Origin: Adineta vaga
Taxonomy: Eukaryota; Animalia; Rotifera
Direction of reading: 5' to 3'
Assembly (NCBI GenBank): GCA_021613535.1
Contig: CP075496.1
Span: 2,976,001-3,040,000 of the forward strand
Length of the DNA stretch: 64,000 nt
The translations under genes and the position numbers were made by a program. The notes beneath the pieces were generated by a model that was given only the letters and a program-made list of their open reading frames with translations, was not told where the DNA came from and ran no database searches. Of the stretch, positions 26,302 through 38,578 are shown piece by piece. Positions within the stretch are counted from its first letter, which is position 1. Each line of letters starts with the position of its first letter.

Positions 26302-28887
26302 TTAAAATTGATATGTTTTTAGATGATCTTCAGGTTTTATGTCGGTATAAGTTACGTTACTTCCTTGATTATTTGCACTAGTTCCCGAATGAAAAAGACC
26401 ACCAATTAAGCTTCGTCCACCTGTTGTTTCGACTTTTTGTAATTTAACGGATCGACTGATTGATTCAGTTTTTGAACCATTAGAAAATGGAGTATAAAAT
26501 AGATTCTCTTGAGCAGTTAGTAAAACTTGATTACCACTTTCAATTAAACCTTGTTCATGAGCAGCAGCTAATTGATTTACAACCGAACGTTCAATCTAGA
26601 CAAAACAGGAATGACAATTTTCTTCTTTAGTTCTTATTTAGTATTACTTCATGTTTAAGCGATCGAGCTCCATAATTTATATCATAACCATCTGCTAAAC
26701 AATCCAGAGCTTTTCGATCCCAAATGATATCGATATTATGTTGGTCTTTGGCCTGAAAAACGGAGTAAAGATTTTTCTTGGATCTATGACGCGAATAATT
26801 TTTACTCGTTTTTTCCAAAATTCTAATTCTTTGAGAAGTAATTTATTAATTTCACTTTTGGAAAATGGTAGAAAATAAACCATTTCATTAATTCGTCCAA
26901 GAAATTCATCCCGACGAAAATGTTTCTAGAAAAGAAACTTTATAAGAAATAAAAAAATTCACTTTCTTATATTTACTTTTAATATTGGTTTAACCACTTT
27001 ATCTTTGAATTGTTTCGATACTGTTATACGATTTTTTCCATCATCTTCTTGGTGCTGTTGATCATTAAAATCTGCAATAAATAAGAGTGAATTTTTGAAA
27101 AAATGAGGCTGAGTGTCATTTATTACAGAAGACTTTTTCATATAGGAAATCATTCTGTACTTCGTTTTATTTACCTGTTGATATAGTTGAATTAAGTAAT
27201 GGTGGTTTCTTTTCTTCTTCTCTTCTTAAATCTTGTGCATAATTAGCAATTTCTTCACTCGCCAAATTCGATGTCATTACAAATATTGCTTGCTTTCCAT
27301 CAATTGTTTTTCCTTTTCCATCAGTTAAACGTCCCTATATCGAAAGAGAATTTCTCATTAATTCCGACTATTCTGTAACGATTGTTTTACTTCATCGAAT
27401 AATTGCAGCATGACCGTTAAAACATCGGGATGTGCTTTATCCACTTCATCGAATAAGACAACAGCTGTTGGACATTTTTGTAATGCATCTGTTAATTGTC
27501 CACCTTCTTGATAACCAATCTAAAAAAATTTTAAAAATCTTCAATAAAATTATTATTTATTCATTTAAGCAAACTTTCATATCCAGGTGGTGCGCCAATT
27601 AATTTCGATACTTCATGTTTTTCTTGATATTCACTCATATCGATACGAATAAAGCAACGATTTTGATTTTTCTCTCCATTTAAATATCTGGCGATTTGTT
27701 TAGCTAACTCAGTTTTTCCCACACCAGATGAACCAAGAAAAAGAAAGACTAACGGAGATTCATCGCTTGTCCATCCAGATTCTTTTCGTCGAATAGCTGA
27801 ACAAGAAATAGAATATATTGATTTATCTTTAGAAGAAAACAAAAGAAAGAAAAAACTGACCAGCACCAACAGTTGAAATAGCATAATTTTGTCCGACAAT
27901 ATATTCTTTTATTCGAATTTCAAGTGGTCGTCGTCGTCTTTCAGTTTTAAGTCTTTCTTCATGTAATTTTTTTGCCTAGACAACAAAACAAAAATCAACT
28001 ATTTAAGATAACATGATATGTCAAACAAACATTTTTTTCAAATTGAGTTAATAGTTCTTTTCGTTGTTGAAGGGCATAAGCTGATGGTAAATGTCCTTGT
28101 TCATTTTCAATTAAAGGATCAGCACCATGATCAATTAATAGATTAACCAATGGTAAATTATCATTTAATACAGCATAATGTAGTGCTGTAAAACCATTGA
28201 ATGTTGCTCGTGCAGAAAGGCGATCACAAAATTCTTCTTCACGTTTTGTATGAACTAAATTTATAGTTGAAATATAAATTTCGAAACAAATTTGAATAAA
28301 AATCATTACCATGAACAGGATGCAAATGTAGCTTTTTTGCCATCAATTGAACGTTAGAAAATTCATCAGATTGATTGGGATCAACACCTTTAGATAGAAG
28401 ATATTTGACACAATCGATTTTATTATTAATTACAGCAACGAGAAGTGGTGTCCAACCAAGTGGATGACGAAGATTAACATCGAGTTTTTCTTCTTCAACT
28501 AATCTATTCAAATGAAATTTCATTGTAATGAAAATTGCATTGTTTTACTGACGTACCGTTGAAGAATTTCTAATTGACCATCATGAACAGCTTGAAAGAG
28601 TTGTTTTTCTATGAATATTAATAACTGTACAAAAAAAAGGATTCGAGAAAAGAGCGATTAGATTTTATACCTGTTGGAGAAAGATCTTTTTCAAAAGTTT
28701 TGGCATGAACAAGAAGTGAATTAGTAAATTGTCTGAATGGTGATATAGGAGAAATAGTTGTACTAAGCACAGTTGCTGTACCCAACGAAGTCCAAAGAAG
28801 AGGATGTTTTCGAAATGAAAATGAGATATTAGAAGTAGAAAGTAGAAACAAACGGCGAAAACTATGAAAGAAATATCTGGAAGCCAT
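26302..28887 (-). CDS. CLPB: Mitochondrial disaggregase CLPB/Skd3 (ankyrin repeats plus AAA+), multi-exon
   Basis: Mitochondrial-type presequence, ANK repeats ([20 protein letters not shown]), Walker [51 protein letters not shown]. Confidence 0.95.
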
Positions 28888-30274
28888 CTGAAAGGATAAC
28901 TATAAATCAATAGTCAAGATATGGATCTAGTTTCATAATCATCAAATCACAGTACAGTACAATACAGACTTTATATGTAGAAGTCAATGAATAGGATCTA
29001 AGAACGAAACAAAACATTTTCTCATAGAGGTCGCTCTCAAGCAATTTAATAGAGTAAAATCCATCACAAACTTCAGTATCGATCTCACAGTTTATATATA
29101 TAAACGATTTATCGTCATAACTATATTACTCAATTGCTAATGACATTCGTTATACTTTTTTTACGAATAAAACCACAGTTATTACTACTTGTAAATCTAA
29201 GTATTCGTGTAATTTCATGGAAAAAACATTCCTGATCGAACGATTTTTACTTTTCTTCTAGTATCTCCCGCATAAATTATCGGAAAATTCCCAAATTTCT
29301 CACTTAGAAATTTATCAGTAAAATCATATGATGGTCGAGTACTTAAATATCGATCTAGAACTATACACAACGATTTTTGACTGTCATGATCAGATTGTTC
29401 TTTTATAAAGGTATATATGCACGATAGAATTTAGAAGAAAAGACCATTTTATATTCATGAGAGTTTTACGATGCTTTGAAACAATTATTTTGGTTTTTTT
29501 TCAGTTTCAAATAAATAAACAAAAGTATCAATCAGTAAAGTAATTAATTGATGTAGTTTGAGTAAACCTTTGCTTGTTAATTCGAATTTATCTTATATGC
29601 TCAACATATTTGTATGAAAGTTGTTGCTTAGTGCTACTCGTATTTGAGAAATTAATTGAATTGCTCGATCGATGAAGAACTTCTCAAAAAACAGTGTAAT
29701 TGAATCTTGCTGTTGTTTTCTCGTCACCAAGTGGTTATTGAATTGATTAAATAAGATTAAATATCCTCTTCGATTGTTCGTGATATTTTTTGAGCTTATG
29801 TAAATGAAAAATCGAGCAGATCAATGACACTCTCATAGCTGAAAATTACATATTTAAATGTCAAAAATTAGAATTCGTACTCTTCCCTTCTTTTCTTTCT
29901 ACAAATCATCAGCAAAAGAGTTTGTACAAATAGACGAAAAATACAAAATGAAAAAAATGCTAACGATAGTCAAGTATCGACATGAGAAGACATAGAAAAG
30001 GTATTCTGTTTCTGAGCTTGTGTTTTAAGAGAATTTAAAAAAATAGAAAAAGAGAAATATATATTTGTGTATGTATGTGTGTCTATGCATCAAGTTGTTA
30101 GGAGGAGGAGAAATATGTCATTCATTCATTCACCACTCAACCGCCATCATCAATAACGATGACGACTCAGTTTTCTCTTTTCTTCTCTTTTTTCAGAGAC
30201 AAAAAAAATTGAAAAAGAAAAGAAACGTTTTGTTCACATAACGTCGTTTGAAATAGAAATTAACTATTAAGAAA

Positions 30275-33200
30275 ATGCTTCAATTACGTGGAGAAAATGA
30301 ACAGTTTAGTTCATTACCAAGTCTTCGTGCAATTGATCATCCACGTCTTAGTATTATTACAACTGATCGGCCAGATTCATCACAAGTATTATTCATCGAT
30401 AGTTTTTGTTTTCTTTCCTTAAAAAAAAGACATTTGTTCATAGATTGTCGATTTACATGTCTATGTTGTTCCGAAAAATGTCTGGAAAGATAGACAACGT
30501 TTAGCTCAAAATGAGGCCATGGATGACGCTATATCAGCTGGTTTTGTTCGGTAACAATAAAACTTCCAAGACTTTTCTTTCTAGTCAATAAAAAAAATAT
30601 TTTTAGTGTCTCTCCCAATATGACTATTCGTGAGTTACGTAAATCAATTGAAAATTCATGTGGAAAAGAAAGTTATTTTCCACGTGATTTCATTTATCTT
30701 CGATCTGTTGGAAGGTGCATGACAAAAGTTAAAGCTAAACAAGAAGATGAACTAAGAGTGAAAAATTATCGTCCACCACAGGTTCGAAGAACTTCTTTTC
30801 TTTTTCTCTTGCTTCTTCTATTTGAATTCTTGATTGATTATGTTATTTGTTATTTTAGACATTTGCACCTGAGGTAAGAAAATATTTTCTTTCCTTTAAC
30901 TAAAAGAGAAAACTGTTCGTTTAACTTTTCTATTAGATCTATTTACTTGATGGTCGTCAAGAGAATAACACACAAGATCTAAGTAGTTCACCGGTGTCAG
31001 CATCATCACCTTGTGACGTATGTGGCAATCATGATGGTCATCGTGCTGATCATGAGAAACATCGTTCTCGGCAAAAAGAACCACGTTCTGATCCTGATGA
31101 AGATCAATCAGATTATGAACGACGTCGATATCCCTCGAATGATTTTGCACGGTCACCATCCAGACTTACACAAAACTATCAACGAAAGCCTATGCGCGGT
31201 GGAAAACAGCATACGCCATTCACAGCTTCTCATGAAATATTTTCTCATAATTCTCCACCAGAAAGACAAACTCGATCAAAATATAGACCGATTGGTTCAG
31301 GTAAATCATATCGAAGAAATTTATTAATACATCATTCCTATATTTATTTTCATAGATCCTGAAGAATCAGCAGCAATGTAAGTAAACATATTATAGTCGC
31401 TGAGTCCACAATGATAGATTTAATTTCATCAATAAAATTATTGACGATAATATTTCCTCTTCTAGTTTCTCGGATGTCATCAGTACTCCATCGAGGTATA
31501 AGCGTGAGATGCAACAGTTGTTTTTCTTTGTATCAATTAGATAACTAATCGTTGTGATTTGATTTTATTTCAAAAACTTTTATTTGTATTGCATTAAACT
31601 TGTTAACTAAAAGGTGTCTTCTTGTATTCAGTAACTTACCCAAATTAAAAGAAGAACAAGAACGTCTTCGTCGGCGTCAAGCAGAACTAGAACGAATGCG
31701 TCGAGCTGCTGAAGAAAAACGTGCACGATCTCAACGTAGCGAAGGTGATCGTTCACGATCCGACGCCGAAGATGAAAATGATGGGAAAAGAATGCAAAGT
31801 TCATTTCGTGGTTTTAAAGATCGTCAAAATGTATCGGAACAAAGACGAAAGTGAGTTATCAAGTCATTTCCGATTGAAAAACGAAATGAAGAGTAGTATT
31901 TTATTCTACCTAATATCAGTTTTATCATATTTCTTACGCTAATACACTTTCAGGGTTAATCGTATCTTATCTAGCACTAGTACGACAACCGATACGGTAG
32001 GAGATAGAACTAGAGAATTTCTATTCATTTTGTTTTCTCTATTTTCATTGGAAATACGAATAGTGAGTGATGAATTTATCAAACATTGTTTTTCATTAAA
32101 AAAACAAACGATGTCAAGTAAAAAAATGCGTGACTAGAAGAACAATCTTTTTTATGCATGATTCTTAAAATCTGTGTGTACGCGTGTATTAGATTGACAT
32201 TGTTTTAGTTTATGATGATCAAAATCCGATCCGACAATAAATTTAAAAGTATAGAAGATACTTGAAATAAGCTCGTAGTATTGTCTATTTCGTTTTGTGT
32301 GTATATCTATTTGTTTGATTGCACGACTGCATTGCATGATATTTCTATGTACACAACATTCTTATCTTTTCACCGATAACCTAGTACGTACAGATTTGAT
32401 CGTGCGAACAAAGATGAAGAAGAAAACAAGGAAGAGAGAAAGACCGCAATGAAAAAACAGCCAACATATCAAAATTCCCGTCGACAAACATTTCCGATGC
32501 CACAATCTATACTAATTAAACAGTAAGACGATTGCACTGGTTGTTCATTCACTCTGTTTTATTCAAACACAATATTTACATAAATATCATTCACATTTAT
32601 TCATTTTAATACATTGTATTTCAGTGATAATTCCAAACCACTTAATACCAAACGATCAAAACCAACTGACAACGGTCATGATTATGAAAATACGCGAAAT
32701 GAAATGTAGGTTTTCTTTTTTTTGAAATGTGCGTTGTTTCAAATATCTAATAGTGATGTATTTTTATGAACGGATTTTAACCATCGTAGTTCAGTGGATT
32801 GAATATTGTGATGAATTAACAAAGCGATCCATTGGAGTTGAGTTTCAATCACTCTAATATTTACGTGTTTTGCTGAGATGTTATTCTAAACAAATTAGTT
32901 AACTAGCAATAGTTTATAAATCGACTGAAAATAGGAACTATCGTAGTCTTTTTTTGGTTCGACTTATGAAACGAGATTAAATCAATAGTTTACTTATCAA
33001 ATAAGTTTGTCTCATTATTATGCACATGTAAATATGTAACATTTATCACTGCTGAAGACGTGTTCATAACGATTTCTAATAAGGATACACATAGATATTC
33101 TAGATACTTGCGTCGAATTATTGATGTTTCCCTTCATAATGATGATATTTATTGTGGTCTGTAAAGACTCCGAATACGCATCTAGAGTTCATTTCGATAT

Positions 33201-34871
33201 ATTTCAACTCTCCCTTCATTTAGCTCACCAATAACGAAAAAAAATAGAGAGAATATTGATTTAAAAATATCACCGATACCATCATCAGATAAATCCGAAT
33301 CAGACCAACAAACAAATCTACAGATTTCATTCAATATCAATGAATTCATTGAGCCAATCTTGCTCACACCTGAACCTCCTGTACAACGAACAATAAACAA
33401 TAGAACACATCATAACAATGTGCAAGAGATTCCAAATGAATCGATCACAAAATCTTCATCTAAACCAACATCTGGAACCAGTGCTGATGAGAAAAAACGT
33501 CACGAAGAGTGAGTAGTTGATGTTCTCTCTCTCTCTCTCTCTGAAACATCAGTGTATATATCGAATTCAACAAGTATATATTGCAAATTCTTTCTCTATG
33601 TATTTTAATCGGTCACGTGTAATTTAACGTCTTAGTGTGTTTATGTTCTCTTTTGCACTTTGAATTTTATGATCACTACTAAATACTATTAAATGAATTA
33701 GGAAACTTTTCATAGAAAACTATGATCTTGTTATTTAATTAAAAGGATTGATACAGAACGACGTAATGCTGAAATGAAACGTCGTCGACAAATAGAAGAA
33801 GACGAAGAAAAGAAAAAAGAAAAACAATTAGCTGATCAACGACGCAAAGATTTATTTAAGGGAACAAATGATGATCGTAAGTACATTTTAAATTCACTTA
33901 TAATTCTTTGTCTTCAGTGATATTGTAATGAAAACCAATTTCGCACCAAACGTCCGTTTTTGGTACATCCATCAATTAAATTACGTTATTTTTCTCTTTA
34001 TTGCTTCATTTCTTGAACAAATATTCTTCGTTTCTTTCTATGGCTTCTATTTGACTACACAGAAATGGAAAAAGAGCACGTGATTTTGTGAATGATTAGA
34101 AATGTTTGTAGAGTATTTTCACGGTAAAACAGACCCTCGATAATCATCTTTATTTTCGCCCAACTGTAAAAATAGAGTTATTCATGATCAAATTTTCTTT
34201 TTATTTAGCTCAAGCCCTTCGTGCTCGTCATGAAGAAATTCATACGCGTCGTCTTGACTTAGAGAAAGTTCGTGAAGAAGTTATTAAACATTTGAAAAAC
34301 GTTCATAATCGAATAACATTACGACGTAAAGAAGGTAAGTCAAATTATTAAGTATAACTAAAAGAATTTCACATGAAAATCGTTTTAGCACGTGATTTAT
34401 GGAAGAAAAAATATTTTAATGAAAAGAAAAAACATCCGCCATTGGACGAACGTATTACTACATTAAGAAATGAATTAGATCAAATGCATAAAAAAACGGT
34501 TCAAACAATGGAAGCCGAAGCAAAATATGCAGCACAAATGGGTTATACAAAAGAGGCTACAGCTGGCGTAAACTAAAAGACATTTTTTTTGTTCAATATC
34601 TATTTATTTCAATTTTTGTAGAATTCTATTGCACAAATAACACGTATTAATTATGAAATTCAAGATATTCGTCATCAAGTTGAACAAGCCAAACTACGAT
34701 TAACAACAGATGTTAAAGTAAAATTCCAAATCAATTTTAATTATGTTTAAATTTTCTTTTATTATCTTTTAGTTACGAAATCAAGCAGAAAATGAATGTC
34801 GAACATTAAAACACGAATTGAATCAAGCAAAAATGAACTTAAATGATATTAAATCTCGTGCTGGACCTTGA
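30275..34871 (+). CDS. SPATA1: Spermatogenesis-associated protein 1-like, many exons
   Basis: N-terminal VDLHVYVVPKNVW..ISAGFVRVSPNMTIRELR..FIYLRSVGR and C-terminal coiled coil RDLWKKKYFNEKKK..LRNELD. Internal exon structure is uncertain. Confidence 0.78.
33524..33542. repeat. (CT)n microsatellite, intronic
   Basis: tctctctctc run seen directly. Confidence 0.8.
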
Positions 34872-35011
34872 TTTGTCTTTTTTTATTGCAATATACAATG
34901 ATGGGGGTGAAAAGGGGTTGCAAATATACATAATGAATATATAATAACTAAACTAAACACAAACAAACGCAAAAATTTCTAATTTCAGTTCAATTAAATT
35001 CTTCATGATCT

Positions 35012-35660
35012 TTAATCGTCTTCTTCACTTTGATCTTTACCATTGGATTTTTTCGAATCTTTTGCGTCTTTCTTTTTCTTATCATCCTTTTTGGCCTTGC
35101 GATCAGCTGTACGATAAGATTCTTTCGATGAGGATGACGATGAACTATCAGATTTTTTAATTGCAGCAATAATATGTTCTTCAGTTTGATCCAATCGTTG
35201 TTTGAACAAATCAAGAATATTGTGAACATCAACAGAAACTGTTGCATCGTGTTTATGGTGAACCTCATGTTCATGATCATGTTTATGCTTATGCTTATGA
35301 TCAGAAGGTTTCTTTTGATCTTTTTCTTCTAAAGGATAGATCGAAATTTATTATATATAAAATTCAGAAAGGAATTCATTTACCTTCACTAGCGTCTTCC
35401 TTTGTAGCAACTGTTGCTAAAAGAATAGAATTTTGAAATAGAGATTATTTTCGAATTTGTAACGAGACTTACTTGTTGTAACATTAACAACTGCTTCAGC
35501 AGGTACAACTACAGGATCGACAACAACTGCCACAGGTGGCGATGGAGGTGCTTGTGCATAACTTGCTGAAAGACAATGATATACATTAGATGAGTTTTAG
35601 TTTTAGAAGTTTCAAACCTGCAATGCACATTGCGACAAAAGCAAAAATGTAGAGATGCAT
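35012..35660 (-). CDS. Secreted hydrophilic His-rich protein, 4 exons
   Basis: Spliced model MHLYIFAFVAMCIAASYA|QAPPSPPVAVV...EEKDQKKPSDHKHKHKHDHEHEVHHKHD...KKDDKKKKD..SEEDD with consistent phase-1 GT-AG introns. Confidence 0.72.
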
Positions 35661-35733
35661 TATGATAGAAATAAGTGTATGTATTAGTGAGTACCGAAAG
35701 TAAGGAAATGTTCATAAGTGATAGCACCATTCC

Positions 35734-35741
35734 TATTTATA
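35734..35741 (-). promoter_or_regulatory. TATA box (TATAAATA) for the His-rich secreted gene
   Basis: Lies about 75 nt upstream of ATG 35660; weak evidence in AT-rich DNA. Confidence 0.35.
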
Positions 35742-37303
35742 TAGATGCAAAATAAGAGAGAATCAGAGAGAGATAGAGAGAGATAGGAGCAGACAGAAAC
35801 ATCAATCATAATTCTTCTCATATGTAGATAAAAACTCATTGACCTGATTGTCCAAAAAAAGTCACGACATCATCATTCAATCACATCGCGTAGAACGGAA
35901 ATTGAAAGGCCAAAAGGGCATCATCAGACGATGCACAGCTGTCATTTATGTTTATATATACATATATATATAGATATTGATTAGATATACAAAATGAATA
36001 GATGCATGATCATAACTTTGATCGATAGTCTACTCATTTGTAGTTCAAGAATATGACTATTTGTTCATTTGCATCCTAGTCTGCAATAAGGTTCATGACC
36101 GGATCATGCAAAATAATATGTTGTTCGGTCAGAGAAATAGAATCTGTTTATCTATGAATCAACTAGATGGAAATGAGAATGCGAAAGTATGCGATTAATG
36201 AACAGATGTTTAGTCTGAAGTGAGAACAACTTCTAAAGAAAACAAATTATCATTTACTTAAAAAAAAAGAACAAGAGATATTAGCATATAAAGTTTCATC
36301 CACCGTAAATAATTACATTGCATAACTTTTAATTAAATAAATTGAAAAAATCGATGTTTTTATGTATTATATACTCTTAAAAACTATCGAATATGAAAAA
36401 GATCGATCTAATGAGAAAATTATTTGGTTGAAACGATTTTTTTCTCTCATCTTTATTTCCGGTTATTTGCAGACAGTATTATTCTTTTCTCATGAGCAAT
36501 ATTTCATCGGTCAACTAGTCGAAAACAATCAGCGGAAAAGTTTGTTTTCCATTGAATTACATCGTTTGTTAAAACTAAATATCTCATCGGAATCATATGA
36601 TTTTTTTGCTAAAAAATACAAAAATATATTGAATCTACATTAAATGGTTCGTTGCACTCGAGTAATAATAGATATGGTTTATTTGAAATATCTATATATA
36701 TTATGAATTGTTCTTTCATAATGACATAGCTAAAGTATGGAATCTTTTTTATGTATTAAAATTAATTACAGAATAATGAATCTATTGTTATGCTAATCTC
36801 AAGCTAATTGACATGATGTTATAAATCGGCTTTTCAAGCACGCATCTCTCTACTTGAAAAATTTAATATAATAAGTTTCATCTCATCTGCTCAAGTATAG
36901 TTATATTATGAACATGGTAAAGAATTTGCAATGTTATAAATTACAAAGTAGTAGAAGAATACTTGAATATTCTTTTTTGATGTTATGTAAGTTAGTAAGA
37001 TTATACATATATATCTGTCGTGCAGTTAGACATGAATAAATCATAGGTATTATCACATTTCATAGATATTCGATTATTTTTTTATATACATATCCTTGAA
37101 CAACTCAATATATATATATATGTATATATAAAAGAAAAAGAAAAGAAACTTTCTTAATAGATTACATAAGTTCTATTCCGAAGCGGAAATATTAACTTAT
37201 ATGTATATATGTATTGAATTAGATTATCTAGACAAATAAGAAAATGTCGAACAAATAACAGATAATAATAATAATAATGAACTAATTTATGATTCCTTGT
37301 ATT

Positions 37304-38578
37304 CTAATGAACCGGATACGATGGTATTCGATGTGTAGGAATGGTGCTATGAGTATTATGATTATTGTGATCAAAACGAGTTGATGATGGATGATAAAAT
37401 TGATGATGCATACGATCAAGTAGTGTCAATGGTTGATGGTTATTGATGAGCTGAAGTCGTGACTGTCTTGATTGTGATTGTTGTGAACCATGAACGAAAT
37501 CACTGGTTAACCGATTCGATGTTAATAGAACGGATAGAGGTGAACAAAGATTTTCCTTAAAACGTGGTGTTATATCGTTCGAATATCTTGTTGAATTCGA
37601 TAGATTTTGTTGTAAAGAAACATCACGTCGACGTATTGGACGTCTTGTGGAATTTTTCTGTGTACTTAATGAGATCGGTTGATTATCATAGATACTTTTT
37701 ATACGTTGTTGACGATGATCTGTACTACATGAACGTTTTGACATCGTTGGTTTCTTTTCATTTAATATTTCTGTTCTTTCATCCGATGACGAACTCGATT
37801 GAACTATAGGAGATATGATTTGATGTCTACGAGTACGACGACGACGATGCTTACGTAGTGTACTAGATGATGACAAATTAAGTGAATCATCTTCACTTGA
37901 ATGACAAACTATGGATGGAACATTTGACGTAGTTAGACATGAAGTTGATAATAAAGGATAAGTACGAGAAGATGTAACAAGAGAAGATGGAGATAATTTA
38001 GATGAAACATTGATAGAAACAATTTTTCGTTGTTCTGGACTCATTACTTCAATACTTGTTTTGAGAAATGAATGTCCATTTGAAGATAATAAATTTGATG
38101 AATGTAAATTTTCATAATCTTCATCGTTAGAATCAATATTTGTTTGTATAATTGGCGAGGGTTGAATATATGAATTCTTATAGATGTCATTCGAACGAGT
38201 AGATGTAGATGAAGAAGTTAAATATTGTTCACATTCAAGTGTTAATGCACGAAATAAATCATCTAATGTTGAAGAATTTAAAAGTGGTTGTGTCTGCTGT
38301 TGTTGGCTTTGCGTATCAGATTGATGTATATGATGACGTTGACGATGATGTTTCAACGATGAAGAATTACGACGTGGTGATAATGGTGCTATTGGTGGAA
38401 CTGCTGTGATTGAAGGTGATATTGATGAAGAATGGTAATCATGTTCGGTAAATGTCATTAATGGACATGTTTGAGTTGTAGATCCTTGAGAAGTTCCAGT
38501 CATTGTTGTTGTTGTTGTTGTTGATTCATTTTGAAGAATATCGGATAAAAGAAGATTAAGACGATTGATTGGATTCAT
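37304..38578 (-). CDS. 424-aa Ser/His/Arg-rich intrinsically disordered protein, single coding exon
   Basis: Long ORF unlikely by chance in this AT content; acceptor TTCTAG about 14 nt before the ATG; short helical motifs RLNLLLSDIL and TLDDLFRAL. Confidence 0.72.
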   Translation of the reverse strand: MNPINRLNLLLSDILQNESTTTTTTMTGTSQGSTTQTCPLMTFTEHDYHSSSISPSITAVPPIAPLSPRRNSSSLKHHRQRHHIHQSDTQSQQQQTQPLLNSSTLDDLFRALTLECEQYLTSSSTSTRSNDIYKNSYIQPSPIIQTNIDSNDEDYENLHSSNLLSSNGHSFLKTSIEVMSPEQRKIVSINVSSKLSPSSLVTSSRTYPLLSTSCLTTSNVPSIVCHSSEDDSLNLSSSSTLRKHRRRRTRRHQIISPIVQSSSSSDERTEILNEKKPTMSKRSCSTDHRQQRIKSIYDNQPISLSTQKNSTRRPIRRRDVSLQQNLSNSTRYSNDITPRFKENLCSPLSVLLTSNRLTSDFVHGSQQSQSRQSRLQLINNHQPLTLLDRMHHQFYHPSSTRFDHNNHNTHSTIPTHRIPSYPVH

